Assembly (NCBI GenBank): GCA_902789725.1
Contig: CADAPC010000028.1
Location: 309-64,308, forward strand
Reading direction: 5' to 3'
From: an uncultured Bacteroidales bacterium
GTDB lineage: Bacteria > Bacteroidota > Bacteroidia > Bacteroidales > Bacteroidaceae
Length of the DNA stretch: 64,000 nt
Each line of letters starts with the position of its first letter. Within the stretch, counting starts at the first letter, position 1. Shown here piece after piece: positions 25,062 to 35,529 of this stretch. A program made the position numbers and the translations under genes. Below the pieces are notes generated by a model. That model made no database searches and was not told where the DNA came from. It was given only the letters and a program-made list of their open reading frames with translations.

Positions 25062-27993
25062 TGACAATGGGGGCGGAGAAGCGTACATGACGCACATGCT
25101 CCGTCTCTTGAACCGCTGGGAGAGCGTTGAGAAGCGCCTGGTTGTAGATGCCGTCGCCCATGAAATCGTTGACCGTCAAGTAACCCACGCCCATGGAGGT
25201 GAGGTTCTGGAAAAAGTGGGTGCCCTGGCTCGGTTCCACACGGAAATTGCGCAAACCAGCCTCGACAATGACTTTGGCTGCAGAGATATTGGGCCACTTG
25301 ACGGGAATGCCTAACCACGAATCGCTGGATCCCCAACGTCCGGGACCGATGAGCACATAATTTTGTGCACGCTGAAGGAAGCCACGATTGATGCGCTCTA
25401 TCTCTTCGGCTATGGAAGGATTGTTGGCGGCAGTAAAATTGTCGGTCTTGACATAGACCACATCATATACATCGTTAACAATCCCATGTCCGATGGCATT
25501 GTGGCTGCGGAGCAAGCAAGCTTCGTCGGCAATGGAAGTCAGATCCTCATCCAACTGCATTTGGTTGTCAACCATTGGACGAATCTGCAAGAGATAGAAC
25601 TCGCCACTGCGATTGTCTTTCAGGTTAATGGCGAATTCAATCTCGACAGGACGAGCCATTTCTTTCTGTCCATAGTAAAGGACTTTCTGCAACAGTTCTG
25701 GCAAAGGTATCACCCCATTTTGCAACACTCCAGAGAAGGAGATAATCTTCCGATTCTTCCCTTCATAATATCCATCATAGATGCATTGGTCATAGGGGTC
25801 GTAAGTGGAGACTATCCATTTCAGAGAGCCATCGTGATCAGCGTCGCGCACTGTGACCTTCTTCAGGTTGAAGGCGTCATCCACTTGGAATGACAACAAG
25901 TTCTCTTTTTCTTCAACATCCTTAGCATCCACATCTAACGCATAAAACTTGGTTTGGGTTTCTCTCAACGCAATTTCCATCTCGCTCGTTTGCAAAACCT
26001 TGTCGGGATGATAAGGACAGACACGAAGGCATAGTCCTCCATCCACTATATACTTACCCAGGCCAAGCGCCAACTCCACTATTCCCTCTTCAGCCTTTTC
26101 GTCACCAATGGGATAATAGTTGATACTGCGCCCCACACCTGAGATGGTAGGATAAAACCCGCTGGCATATTTCTGTCCTACCACTTCTTGCAAGATAACC
26201 GCCATTTTCTCTTGGTCTATCACGTTGGACGTAGCCGCCATATAGTCTTTAGAGGCTCGATAGAAGACGCTGGCATACACACTCTTGATGGCATTGGACA
26301 GCATTTCGAGCCGCACATATTTATCCTCGGCTCGAGGAATCATATACGTGGAATAGATGCCCGCAAAAGGTTGGTAATGGCTATCCTCCAGCAGAGAAGA
26401 AGAGCGAATAGCCACAGGGCCATTGACTACATCCATAAAAGACATGAGGTCGTCGGCAAGATTTTCAGGAAGACGGCCATGCAGGAAATGCTGAAGAATC
26501 TCCTCGTCAGGAATATCGGAAAGTGCCACTTCGTAGAGTCCATTGGTTTCCATAAACTGGTCGAAGATGTCGGTACACAGAACCACCGTTTTGGGAATCT
26601 GAACACTCGCATTGGCAAATTCATTCAGGTCGGAACGCCGTTTGATGATGTTGTCAAGAAACGCCAGTCCCCTACCCTTTCCGCCCAACGACCCTTCGCC
26701 AATGCGGGCAAATTGGCTGTAGCTGTCGAAACGGTCGCGATGGAAAACAGCCACCACACCACGGTTCTTCATACGCCGATAGCTGACAATGGCATCAAAG
26801 ATGTACTGACGGTGAGCGTTCACATCGCTCTCCACCTTCCATGTGATTTTTTTCAGAAATTCAGCCACTGGGAAGATGGCACGCGAAGCGAGCCAGCGTG
26901 ACACATTGTTATGGCGCAAATGATAGCCGAGCGAATCGGCTGGCAAGGTGAAGATATTGTCTTGCAGTTCCTTCAGATTGTGAACCCGAGCCACTTCCTG
27001 CATCGTTTCAGGATTACGGAAGATGAAATCGCCAAAACCGAAATGCTTGGTGAGCAAGTCTTTCAAGTCTTGATTGAGTTTTTTGGAATTTTTATCGATG
27101 AAAGCAGCTTTGCAGCGGTCGGCATATTCTTTTTTGTCCGTCTCGCTGGAATCGAGCACCAAAGGGACGTACTCATCCACTTCACGAATGGCACTCAGCA
27201 ATTTATATCCAGCCAACTCGTCTTTCACCTTACTGTCGGCCAACATGGGGAAACGGCAGTCGCTGATGACACCTAAAACATTATCACTAAATTGAGAATA
27301 GAGTGCCCAAGCTTCTTCGTAAGAACGAGCCAAAACAATTTTGGAGCGTCCACGCATGCGCAACATTTCCAACTGAGAATTCAGTGCCTCGGTCGCAAAT
27401 TCAAGACTCTGCTGAAGAACGAATTGATAGAGATTGGGCAAGAGGGAGGAATAGAAACGGATGCTGTCCTCGACCACAAGAATCATCTGCACGCCAGCAG
27501 CAAGGTCATTGGCCAAGTTCATCTTGTCCTCTATGAGTTTGATGATGGAGAGCAGCAATTCTGTATTTCCCAACCAACAGAACACATACTCGAAAGCGCT
27601 GAGGTCTTCATTCTCCATACGGCGAGTGATGCCATGAGAGAAAGGAGTGAGAACAACGATGGGCAATGATGGAAATTCACCCTTGATGCCCCGCGCTATG
27701 CCAAACACGTCATTGTTATCGGTTCCGGGCATACAGATGACAAGATCGAAGGAATTACGCTCAATCAATCCAGCGGCTTCTTCCTGAGAGGCTGCACGGA
27801 AAAAGCGAGGAGGATAACGAAGTCCCAACTTGGCGTATTCATCAAAAATTTTCTCATCCACCCGCCCATCATCTTCCAGCATGAATGCATCGTAGGGGTT
27901 GGCTATGATGAGCACATTGAACACACGCCGCTGCATCAAATCCACAAACTTCGTTTCGCGTAACGTAGGGTATCTATTGTCAGTATTAGTCAT
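25015..27993 (-). CDS. receiver-domain protein fused to a PEP/pyruvate-binding (PPDK N-terminal ATP-grasp-like) domain
   Basis: The first region is CheY-like but degenerate (VLIIANPYDAF...DLVICMPG...PIVVLTP). A second canonical-looking receiver follows (ILVVEDS...VISDCRFP...PLVLDSS), then GEGSLGGKGRGLAFL and a long ATP-grasp-like region. No phosphohistidine swivel or TIM-barrel motif is evident. The track start at 27999 is TTG; the ATG is at 27993. Confidence 0.7.
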   Translation of the reverse strand: MTNTDNRYPTLRETKFVDLMQRRVFNVLIIANPYDAFMLEDDGRVDEKIFDEYAKLGLRYPPRFFRAASQEEAAGLIERNSFDLVICMPGTDNNDVFGIARGIKGEFPSLPIVVLTPFSHGITRRMENEDLSAFEYVFCWLGNTELLLSIIKLIEDKMNLANDLAAGVQMILVVEDSIRFYSSLLPNLYQFVLQQSLEFATEALNSQLEMLRMRGRSKIVLARSYEEAWALYSQFSDNVLGVISDCRFPMLADSKVKDELAGYKLLSAIREVDEYVPLVLDSSETDKKEYADRCKAAFIDKNSKKLNQDLKDLLTKHFGFGDFIFRNPETMQEVARVHNLKELQDNIFTLPADSLGYHLRHNNVSRWLASRAIFPVAEFLKKITWKVESDVNAHRQYIFDAIVSYRRMKNRGVVAVFHRDRFDSYSQFARIGEGSLGGKGRGLAFLDNIIKRRSDLNEFANASVQIPKTVVLCTDIFDQFMETNGLYEVALSDIPDEEILQHFLHGRLPENLADDLMSFMDVVNGPVAIRSSSLLEDSHYQPFAGIYSTYMIPRAEDKYVRLEMLSNAIKSVYASVFYRASKDYMAATSNVIDQEKMAVILQEVVGQKYASGFYPTISGVGRSINYYPIGDEKAEEGIVELALGLGKYIVDGGLCLRVCPYHPDKVLQTSEMEIALRETQTKFYALDVDAKDVEEKENLLSFQVDDAFNLKKVTVRDADHDGSLKWIVSTYDPYDQCIYDGYYEGKNRKIISFSGVLQNGVIPLPELLQKVLYYGQKEMARPVEIEFAINLKDNRSGEFYLLQIRPMVDNQMQLDEDLTSIADEACLLRSHNAIGHGIVNDVYDVVYVKTDNFTAANNPSIAEEIERINRGFLQRAQNYVLIGPGRWGSSDSWLGIPVKWPNISAAKVIVEAGLRNFRVEPSQGTHFFQNLTSMGVGYLTVNDFMGDGIYNQALLNALPAVQETEHVRHVRFSAPIVIKIDGMKKEGIVLLP

Positions 27994-28020
27994 AAACAAC
28001 TCTCAGTGATTAGTTGGATG

Positions 28021-28028
28021 CAAAGTTA
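28021..28028 (-). promoter_or_regulatory. candidate -7 box (TAACTTTG on the minus strand) for the receiver/PEP-binding gene
   Basis: The plus strand reads CAAAGTTA, 28 nt upstream of the ATG at 27993. Confidence 0.35.
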
Positions 28029-28094
28029 GTTAAAATAATACAAATATCAGGCATCAAATCAAAAAAACTACTGCACAGCAAAGATTATCGAGCC

Positions 28095-28134
28095 ACAAAA
28101 CAAAAGAAGTTCCGAACATGCAGTCCGGAACTTC
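28095..28134 (-). terminator. rho-independent terminator after the distal SusD gene
   Basis: GAAGTTCCG (28106-28114) pairs with CGGAACTTC (28126-28134). On the minus strand the hairpin is followed by a T-rich run (CTTTTGTTTTG). Confidence 0.6.
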
Positions 28135-28174
28135 CATCAATTTTTGTTTATAATCTATAAAAGGAATTTATAAT

Positions 28175-30280
28175 TTATCTGGTGGGCAAGGGAAGATACC
28201 ACGGCTTGCCCGTCATTTTATCCGTCCCCAGTGCTTCATACTTCTCCTCGATGTAGGCAGGGAGCGTGATGGTTGCACCAATGTTCTGGCCACCCTTCTT
28301 GTCCTGCATCTGATAGCGCATGATGTCGTAGAAACGAACACCCTCGAACATTCCTTCAAGAGCTTCTTCATCAAGAATCAGTTGAGCGACATGAGCCTGG
28401 CGCTTAGCACGAACGGCTGCATCGGTCGAGAGATATGCGCGGCGGAGAGAATCAGTTTTCACCAATGCCACCTGATAGAGGGAGTCAGCTTCAAGATTGG
28501 CATTGATGACATTCTGATAGTTCAGAGAATCTTCAGCCGTAGAAGTTTCATCAAGCACAGGTACCTCCTGAAGAACCAGATTAGGAGTAGGATAATTAGC
28601 ATACATCGATGCAATAGTGACAGAATCGTCGAGATAATACTTCTTGTTGTATTCTGTGTCGCCACTGCCTAATGAATGAATACCCACCTGAATGCTATTT
28701 CCACCTCGACGCTGATATGTTCCCATCTGAGATGTAGATTTGTCAAGCATACCAAACGTGTTGGAATCCCAAATGACGAATGAGCCATTTGTCTTTGCAA
28801 AGAGTTCTGCATTGTCGGCATACATAGGTTCCTGAGATGTGAAACCGTATGACTTGATTTCGCACAAACGGTCAAATTCGTCTTGCGAAATGATGTCACG
28901 ATTATTCAACGTATAATACGAGAGGCCGTATGCCAAAACAGCAAATGCAGTTTCGGGGAAGCCAGCACGATTCAGTGCCTCAGCCAAGTGGAGATAGAGA
29001 ATGTTGTTACGGAACAAAGGAATATAAGCCACTCTTATATCCGATCCACCAGCACCCATGTATTTATTGATGCTATATTGCAAGGGGTTCACATCGCTAT
29101 TATACTGGCTTTCGCGGAAATTGCTGTATGTTCCGAATACAGATGACAAGCGGAGGTCGCCCTCTTCAATCTTTTCACGGAAGTTATTCGCATCATGGGA
29201 ACCGTAGAGCGTATCGGCAAGTCCAATTTCGTAGTTGTAAGCGCAATAGTCTTGTTTCTTGGAGATGTTCTTGATGCGCTGAGAAGGAACGACGGCAGGA
29301 TAATACTTGTTGGAATATTGCGAATTGAAGACAGCACGGACATCTGTGACTGTGCCATAATACGCTGTCGTGTCAAGCGGGAGGATGCCAGCATTATATC
29401 TTGAAGAGGAGCTAAAATAGTTCAGATATGCATCTGTCAAACTTCTGTTCAAATCACGATCCATCCAGGCCACAGCACGATTTTCGGTACTAATCTCTTC
29501 TTTGGGGAAGGTGAAATAGTCGTGATACATGCGAATGGCATTGATATAATCCTGCTGGTTGTCTGTATAAGATGCACGCCAGAGGTAGAGTTCAGCAAGC
29601 AGCGCACGAACCGGCAGGAAGATGTCGCGATAACGCACACCTCCATAGCTCTTGTCGCCGTATGCCTGACGAAGTTCGTTGTTTTCGTCCATGTAGGGAT
29701 ACTTCTGAAGGTCTTGAATACAGAAATCAAGAATTGTCTTCATGTCACCCTTTTGGCCAGAAGCAACGATGTCCTCAGCCTGGTCAGAGTCATCTACGGG
29801 TTCTGTCACGAATGGTACGGAACCATAATTCTTGACCAGTTCAAGGTAGCACCAAGCGCGGAAGCACTTTGCAGCACAAACCTCTTTCTCGAAATATTTG
29901 CGTGTACCCTGTGCATAGCGCATGGTATCCACGTTAGCGAGATAGATGTTACAGCTGTTGATGACTGCATAATAGTCAGCCGGCTTGTTATAGGCATTGG
30001 AAAGCGAGACATTGTTGTTGCCCAGCTCCTGAATGTCGGCAGAAGCATGCAGAGGATCCACCTCTACGAGGTCGGCTCGGATTTCGCCAAGCAACACGGT
30101 ACGATCAGCAAGTTTCTGCATACGCTTCACAATACCCATCATCTGATACAAAGTATCTTTTGGAGCGAGGTCAGTGGTGACGAGTGAGTTCTCGGCAGTA
30201 AACATGTCCTCGCATGATGTGGTGGCCGCTCCAACTCCAAGCAGGAGCAGACCACAAGCTATAATAGATTTCAATTTCAT
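28175..30280 (-). CDS. SusD/RagB-family nutrient-binding outer-membrane lipoprotein (module 2)
   Basis: Lipoprotein signal ...GAATTSCEDMF and TPR-like helical SusD pattern (AKCFRAWCYLELVKNYGSVPF). It lies directly downstream of a SusC gene. Confidence 0.85.
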   Translation of the reverse strand: MKLKSIIACGLLLLGVGAATTSCEDMFTAENSLVTTDLAPKDTLYQMMGIVKRMQKLADRTVLLGEIRADLVEVDPLHASADIQELGNNNVSLSNAYNKPADYYAVINSCNIYLANVDTMRYAQGTRKYFEKEVCAAKCFRAWCYLELVKNYGSVPFVTEPVDDSDQAEDIVASGQKGDMKTILDFCIQDLQKYPYMDENNELRQAYGDKSYGGVRYRDIFLPVRALLAELYLWRASYTDNQQDYINAIRMYHDYFTFPKEEISTENRAVAWMDRDLNRSLTDAYLNYFSSSSRYNAGILPLDTTAYYGTVTDVRAVFNSQYSNKYYPAVVPSQRIKNISKKQDYCAYNYEIGLADTLYGSHDANNFREKIEEGDLRLSSVFGTYSNFRESQYNSDVNPLQYSINKYMGAGGSDIRVAYIPLFRNNILYLHLAEALNRAGFPETAFAVLAYGLSYYTLNNRDIISQDEFDRLCEIKSYGFTSQEPMYADNAELFAKTNGSFVIWDSNTFGMLDKSTSQMGTYQRRGGNSIQVGIHSLGSGDTEYNKKYYLDDSVTIASMYANYPTPNLVLQEVPVLDETSTAEDSLNYQNVINANLEADSLYQVALVKTDSLRRAYLSTDAAVRAKRQAHVAQLILDEEALEGMFEGVRFYDIMRYQMQDKKGGQNIGATITLPAYIEEKYEALGTDKMTGKPWYLPLPTR

Positions 30281-30292
30281 GATATATGCAAA

Positions 30293-33200
30293 TTAGAGAT
30301 TAATCTTAACACCGAGATGGAAGCTGCGCCCAGAAGAGAGGTAGCCAGCGTCGATGCCCTGAGTGAGCACACTGTTGCCACAAGAGAGTTCGGGGTCTGT
30401 GCCTAAATACTTAGTCAAAGTGAAAAGGTTGTTGGCTGCAGCCCAAACTGTGATGCCCTGGATGTATTCGTTCTGGATGGGCAGTTTGTAAGAGAGCGTC
30501 ACATTCTTCAGTTTGAAGTAAGAGCCATTCTCAATCCAGCGGTCGGAGAAGCGGCTGTTGCCCATTGGGTCGCCATACACTGTCTTGGGAACATCCGTTG
30601 ACTGACCTTCTGCCATCCAGCGACGATTGACAGCAGTAGTTTGGTTGATGAAGCTCTTGCCACCTTCAAGGATGGAGCGCTGATAATTGTAGATATCGTT
30701 GCCCACCGAGTACTTGAAGTTGGTAGCCAAAGACCAATGCTCACCGAAATGGAACTTCAGGTTCACATTACCATAGATGTCGGGATTCGGATCGCCGATG
30801 ACGAAGCGGTCATTAGGATTGATTTCGCCATTGCCATCTTTGTCAACGAATTTGACATCACCGGCACCAAAATAAACGGGGTTATTTGAGTCATCACGAA
30901 TGAACTTACCCTCGGCGGTTGCTTCTTGCGAATCCTTATAAACGCCATTGGTCTTGTAGCCGTAGAAGACACCTGCTGCACGTCCCACCTCAGAGAGGAT
31001 GGTGGCATCGTACATAGAGGTTTCAAATTTACTCATGCCTTGAGGCAGACGAGAAAGCTTATTCTTATAGTGACCAATGCTGGCACCCACTTCCAACTTG
31101 AACATCTTCTCATTGATTACTTTTGCATTGAATGCAGCATCGAACCCGTTGTTCTTCAGTGCACCATCGTTCGTATAGTAGTCAGAAAGACCAGCCACGT
31201 ATGCCAAAGTGCCGAGCGTGACAAGGTTCTTTGTCTTTGAGTTGAAGTAATTAAACTTCAAGTTCAAGCGGTTGTTAAAGAAGTTACCTTCCAGCCCTAC
31301 ATTGAAGCGGTTGGTTGTTTCCCAACGGAGTGAGGGGTTACCAATGTTAGCCAGACCGATGGAAGAAGTTCCATTACCCAGCATCATTTCCGTGGCCAAA
31401 TAAGTCAGTGTAGCTGAGTTGTCAATGGCATCATTACCCACAGACTCAAAGCCGGCATTCAATTTCAACATGTTCACAGCCTTTGTGGGTCGGAACCAAT
31501 TTTCGTTGGTCATCACCCAAGCAGCCTGGATAGAGGGGAAGACGCCCCAAACTACGCCAAACATCTTGATACCTGCATCGGCATCCTTACCAAAACGCGA
31601 AGATGTCTCCATCGTCAGCTGACCGCTCACATAGTACTTCTCCATATAGTTGTAGTCAGCATTGGCATAGTAAGAGAGCGAACGCCAGTTGGTGTCGGTT
31701 CCAGGAATTCTTTTTGAAGTACTACCCACATTAGGAGTCTTATCGTTACCAGTATTATCGGCATAGAGATAAGAAGCCTTATAGATATCGTTCATGAAAC
31801 GGACACCGCCCAAGAGTTCAACGCGGTGAGCACCATTGCTGAGAATTTTCCAGTCAGCACGTGTGTCGGAGAAGATGGCGTTGTGCCTTGAGAACAACGA
31901 ATACTTCGAGTTCCGCGTCTCACCTTCGCTGCCAGGAACGGTATAGTTAGGCATACCAATAATAGGTGTGAAGTAGGCCTCGTCAAAACTTTGCAACGAG
32001 TAGCTGAAGCGCTCTGTGAGTGAGAAGTCCTTGGTGGGTTCCCAAGTTGGAGCCACAGCTATGTTGATCATTGTACAGTCAGTGTGGTTCTTATTCTTTG
32101 CCTCACCATTCTCCAGAACAGCCTTGGGGTTGGCGATGGAACCGCGGCTACCCAACACCTCGTACATGTAATCATCAGCATCAGCAATGAATGACGACTT
32201 TTTACCATCGGTAGAGAAGTCGTATGGCGTCAAGAAAGGAGCCTTGATGTTCGCCAGTGCAGATGGAGAAGCAAGTGCTTGAAGAAGCTGTCCGTTAGCC
32301 CAGCCATCACTTCTCAAGTCGCGAGTGACATTGGTGTAGCTGGCATCGAACTGCGTGTAGAACCACTTGTTAAGCACGATGTCGGTGTTGAAACGCACGT
32401 TGAAACGCTGCATGTCATTCCTTCTGAGTGTTGACTTAGAGTCCATATAGCCTACGGAGAGGTTATACTGAGCAATGTCGTCACCACCCTGGATGGCAAT
32501 GCCATAATTCTGAGAGAATGCTGTACGGGTCACTTCCTTATTCCAATCCGTTTCATTGTGATACATATTATAATAATAGTAGTTAGGATCAGTGCTCAGG
32601 AATTTGAATTCCGTCAACTTCGTACCGGCCGATTCGAGGAGGTTGGAAGCGTAGGTACGATAATCACCAGCCTTCATCAAGTCCATTGTCTTAGGTCTTG
32701 TTTCAATACCTGCGCTGATGTTCACATCAATGCGCGTGGCCATTGAGTGGCAACGCTTGGTTTTGATGATCAACACACCATTGGCGGCTTTTGCGCCATA
32801 GATGGCAGTACCGTTTTTCAGCACCTCTACCGACTCAATGTCATCGACGTTGATGCCTTGCAATAAGTTGTTGAAATAACCGGTGTGCAACATCTCAGTG
32901 TCATACATCTGGTCGAAGACCACTCCATCGAGAATGACGAGCGGCTGTGCATTAGAATTGAGAGAGTTCAGACCGTTGATGAACATGGACAAGCCCTGAC
33001 CGGGGTTAGCAGAACGCTGAACCATTCGGATGTCGGCACCTAACGTGTTTTGAATCTCTTGGTCAATTGTAATGGCTGGTGTGTTCACAAAATTGTCGGC
33101 TGTAACACTCTTCCGAGCAGAGGCATTTTCCGTGTAGTCGGCTTTGAGCAAGTCGGAATGCAGTCTTACCACCACATTGTCTGTGCGCCCATTGATTGAC

Positions 33201-33541
33201 ACATTGTTCAAGTTATAACCTTGCAACTTCACTGTAAGAGCAGTGATGAACTGTGGCACCTTGATAACATAAGCACCATTTTCATCAGTCATTGCAGTGT
33301 AGTACCTGTTGTTGAATGCCTGAATCTGGGCACCAGCCAAAGGCTCACCCGTGATGGCATCAACAACTTTACCCTTCACATCGATGGTAGGGTAACTTTT
33401 AGAAGGCTTGATTTTTTTATTTTCCCTTGCAGCCACCTCTGTGTCCACTTCCTCTTGTACATCGTCCTGCGCAACTGCTGGAAGTGCCGTACCCAGGAAG
33501 AACATCAGTGCTGCGAATCCGTATTTATTGAAGTGCTGCAT
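30293..33541 (-). CDS. SusC/RagA-family TonB-linked outer-membrane transporter (module 2)
   Basis: Carboxypeptidase-regulatory-like domain (VKGKVVDAITGEPLAGAQIQ), plug (ANGVLIIKTKR) and a 22-strand-type barrel, 1082 aa. No STN domain. Confidence 0.9.
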   Translation of the reverse strand: MQHFNKYGFAALMFFLGTALPAVAQDDVQEEVDTEVAARENKKIKPSKSYPTIDVKGKVVDAITGEPLAGAQIQAFNNRYYTAMTDENGAYVIKVPQFITALTVKLQGYNLNNVSINGRTDNVVVRLHSDLLKADYTENASARKSVTADNFVNTPAITIDQEIQNTLGADIRMVQRSANPGQGLSMFINGLNSLNSNAQPLVILDGVVFDQMYDTEMLHTGYFNNLLQGINVDDIESVEVLKNGTAIYGAKAANGVLIIKTKRCHSMATRIDVNISAGIETRPKTMDLMKAGDYRTYASNLLESAGTKLTEFKFLSTDPNYYYYNMYHNETDWNKEVTRTAFSQNYGIAIQGGDDIAQYNLSVGYMDSKSTLRRNDMQRFNVRFNTDIVLNKWFYTQFDASYTNVTRDLRSDGWANGQLLQALASPSALANIKAPFLTPYDFSTDGKKSSFIADADDYMYEVLGSRGSIANPKAVLENGEAKNKNHTDCTMINIAVAPTWEPTKDFSLTERFSYSLQSFDEAYFTPIIGMPNYTVPGSEGETRNSKYSLFSRHNAIFSDTRADWKILSNGAHRVELLGGVRFMNDIYKASYLYADNTGNDKTPNVGSTSKRIPGTDTNWRSLSYYANADYNYMEKYYVSGQLTMETSSRFGKDADAGIKMFGVVWGVFPSIQAAWVMTNENWFRPTKAVNMLKLNAGFESVGNDAIDNSATLTYLATEMMLGNGTSSIGLANIGNPSLRWETTNRFNVGLEGNFFNNRLNLKFNYFNSKTKNLVTLGTLAYVAGLSDYYTNDGALKNNGFDAAFNAKVINEKMFKLEVGASIGHYKNKLSRLPQGMSKFETSMYDATILSEVGRAAGVFYGYKTNGVYKDSQEATAEGKFIRDDSNNPVYFGAGDVKFVDKDGNGEINPNDRFVIGDPNPDIYGNVNLKFHFGEHWSLATNFKYSVGNDIYNYQRSILEGGKSFINQTTAVNRRWMAEGQSTDVPKTVYGDPMGNSRFSDRWIENGSYFKLKNVTLSYKLPIQNEYIQGITVWAAANNLFTLTKYLGTDPELSCGNSVLTQGIDAGYLSSGRSFHLGVKINL

Positions 33542-33543
33542 AA

Positions 33544-35460
33544 TTATTTACGTGTATTAGAAGTTATCGACTGAATACCTTTTCTCATATTGGCTTCTCC
33601 ACCGGCAGCAGGAATCTCAATTTCCTCACCACCATCCTCTCGAGGTTTCAAGATGATGGAGCTGATGAGCATTTCGCGAGAATATTCATCAGTCTGCTTG
33701 GAAGTGATGTAGGTTTGCAACTGAAGGATGACACCCTCGTCATTGCGACCATAGTAAGCATTCTTGAAGGTCCATGAACCCAAGTAAGTTGTATCGTTAA
33801 TAACGACATGACCTTCTTCGTCACGTACAAAGCCTCTGGTTTCAAAAACTTCTTCACCTGTAGCAGGATTTTTCATACGCTTACCAGATGAAGGATATTC
33901 GCCCAGATTCTTTCCTTCATTTTCACGCTCATAAATGAGGCTGTAGAAACGATAGGGACGCACATCGACTGAATCAAAATTAATCGTATAGAAGTTTGAT
34001 CCACTTACATACTCTCGACTGCTCATCAACCAAATGGGGCAAGTGACGAGATAAATGTCGTAGGTGCCAGAGAGGGTATTGGGAATGTCGAAGCCCACGT
34101 TAGGATTTACGGACTTTGTAGTTGGCACGATATCAACATACTCGTAGTTGATGGCTTTTCTGGAGGTAACATTACCCAAAGTATCATAAGCCACTGTCGT
34201 AAAAGTACCTCTGTCGGACCTGAAACTCTTATTGACGTTCTTTGTGAACAAGTCCTTACCACTCGCATCCAAATCGACATTGATGCTACCAGCGTTTGCT
34301 CTCACCTTAATCTTCTTAAAGAACTGCTCCGTCACAGAGAATGGATATTCATCCACTATGTAAGCCTTACCATTAGAACACTCTACAGGATCGCCACATT
34401 TTGAGAGGATATCGTTGAGTTGTACATCTTCAGGCAGGTCTTTGGGCATTTTGCTGTAATAAACATGTTCGTACCAAGGACTTCTCATGCCATAGAGGGT
34501 GGATTTGAGAGAGTCCTGCCAATGTTCGTTAGCATTCTGGTTGTAGAACAAGTCGGTCATTGCAAAATTGTTGGCATAGTGGTGTAGCAGTGAATCGCAT
34601 GCACCAGGAGAGCGCTGATCCTCAATAGGATTGAATTGCAAAAGGCTCTCTGCTATCTTATAACGTTCAGCCCAAGCCTTTGCGCTGGGGATGATGGCGA
34701 TGAAGCTGGAGTCCTCCTCATAGAGTTTAGCATCTACATTCTTCAAGACGGTGTTGTTGCGCATGACAAAAGAGTCAACCCAAATCTTTTCACCATTCTC
34801 ATCCACACCACGACTCACAGACTTATTCTCAATCAGAGAGTCTTGATTGTTCACGGGGTCATAGAGGAAGTAACGAAGAGAACACGTGTCTTTGCCAGCA
34901 TAGGTGTCATCCCTATATTGCTTGTCAACCATCTCGAAAAGGTTAAAGCTATAAGGAGATGCTGCATCAATGAGGTGGAGCACGCCATTCTTACAAGAAA
35001 TGTTGGTTTGTCCTGGAATGACTTTGGCAATGCCGAACTGACCATCGGAGGTGAAGGAACCTCTCTTTTCGTTCATCAGGCTGAAAGTCTGATCAACCGT
35101 ATTGAGAGAGATGGCATAACGTGCGATGTGGTTCTTGATGAACTCTTTCACCACTTCAGCGGAGTCAGCAATCATCTTCCCATTGGAATCGAGATAATCA
35201 GAGACATTAAAGCCATCATTAGTTGGTGCCCAAATTGTGTAAACGTTGTCTGATGCAAGTTCACGCTCATAACCATACGCTTTGACCACCTTTGCAAAGT
35301 TTGGTGCTTTCTCCTCCAATGCCTGCATGGTGGTACCATTATAGTCAAGCATGGCTGTTGCATCATAGTGGTCATTCCACGTGTCGGTACATGAGTACAT
35401 AGCAACAAGTCCTGCTGCTACCGCAAATCCTGCACGGAATGTATTTTTTATCTTATTCAT
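33544..35460 (-). CDS. fasciclin (FAS1)-domain surface lipoprotein
   Basis: Lipobox VAMYSCTD. FAS1 motifs YTIWAPTNDGF, KNHIARY and KNGVLHLIDAASP, followed by an uncharacterised C-terminal region of roughly 400 aa. Confidence 0.75.
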   Translation of the reverse strand: MNKIKNTFRAGFAVAAGLVAMYSCTDTWNDHYDATAMLDYNGTTMQALEEKAPNFAKVVKAYGYERELASDNVYTIWAPTNDGFNVSDYLDSNGKMIADSAEVVKEFIKNHIARYAISLNTVDQTFSLMNEKRGSFTSDGQFGIAKVIPGQTNISCKNGVLHLIDAASPYSFNLFEMVDKQYRDDTYAGKDTCSLRYFLYDPVNNQDSLIENKSVSRGVDENGEKIWVDSFVMRNNTVLKNVDAKLYEEDSSFIAIIPSAKAWAERYKIAESLLQFNPIEDQRSPGACDSLLHHYANNFAMTDLFYNQNANEHWQDSLKSTLYGMRSPWYEHVYYSKMPKDLPEDVQLNDILSKCGDPVECSNGKAYIVDEYPFSVTEQFFKKIKVRANAGSINVDLDASGKDLFTKNVNKSFRSDRGTFTTVAYDTLGNVTSRKAINYEYVDIVPTTKSVNPNVGFDIPNTLSGTYDIYLVTCPIWLMSSREYVSGSNFYTINFDSVDVRPYRFYSLIYERENEGKNLGEYPSSGKRMKNPATGEEVFETRGFVRDEEGHVVINDTTYLGSWTFKNAYYGRNDEGVILQLQTYITSKQTDEYSREMLISSIILKPREDGGEEIEIPAAGGEANMRKGIQSITSNTRK

Positions 35461-35481
35461 ATACTTTATACTTTATTGGTA

Positions 35482-35519
35482 GTTTGCCTCGTCTCCCCGT
35501 CTGGAAAGACGAGGCAAAC
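35482..35519 (-). promoter_or_regulatory. 13-bp perfect hairpin between the two SusCD modules (intra-operon attenuator or processing/stability element)
   Basis: GTTTGCCTCGTCT (35482-35494) pairs with AGACGAGGCAAAC (35507-35519). It sits in the 69-nt gap between the stop at 35530 and the start at 35460, and no T-run follows it on the minus strand. Confidence 0.5.
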
Positions 35520-35529
35520 CGAATTGTTT

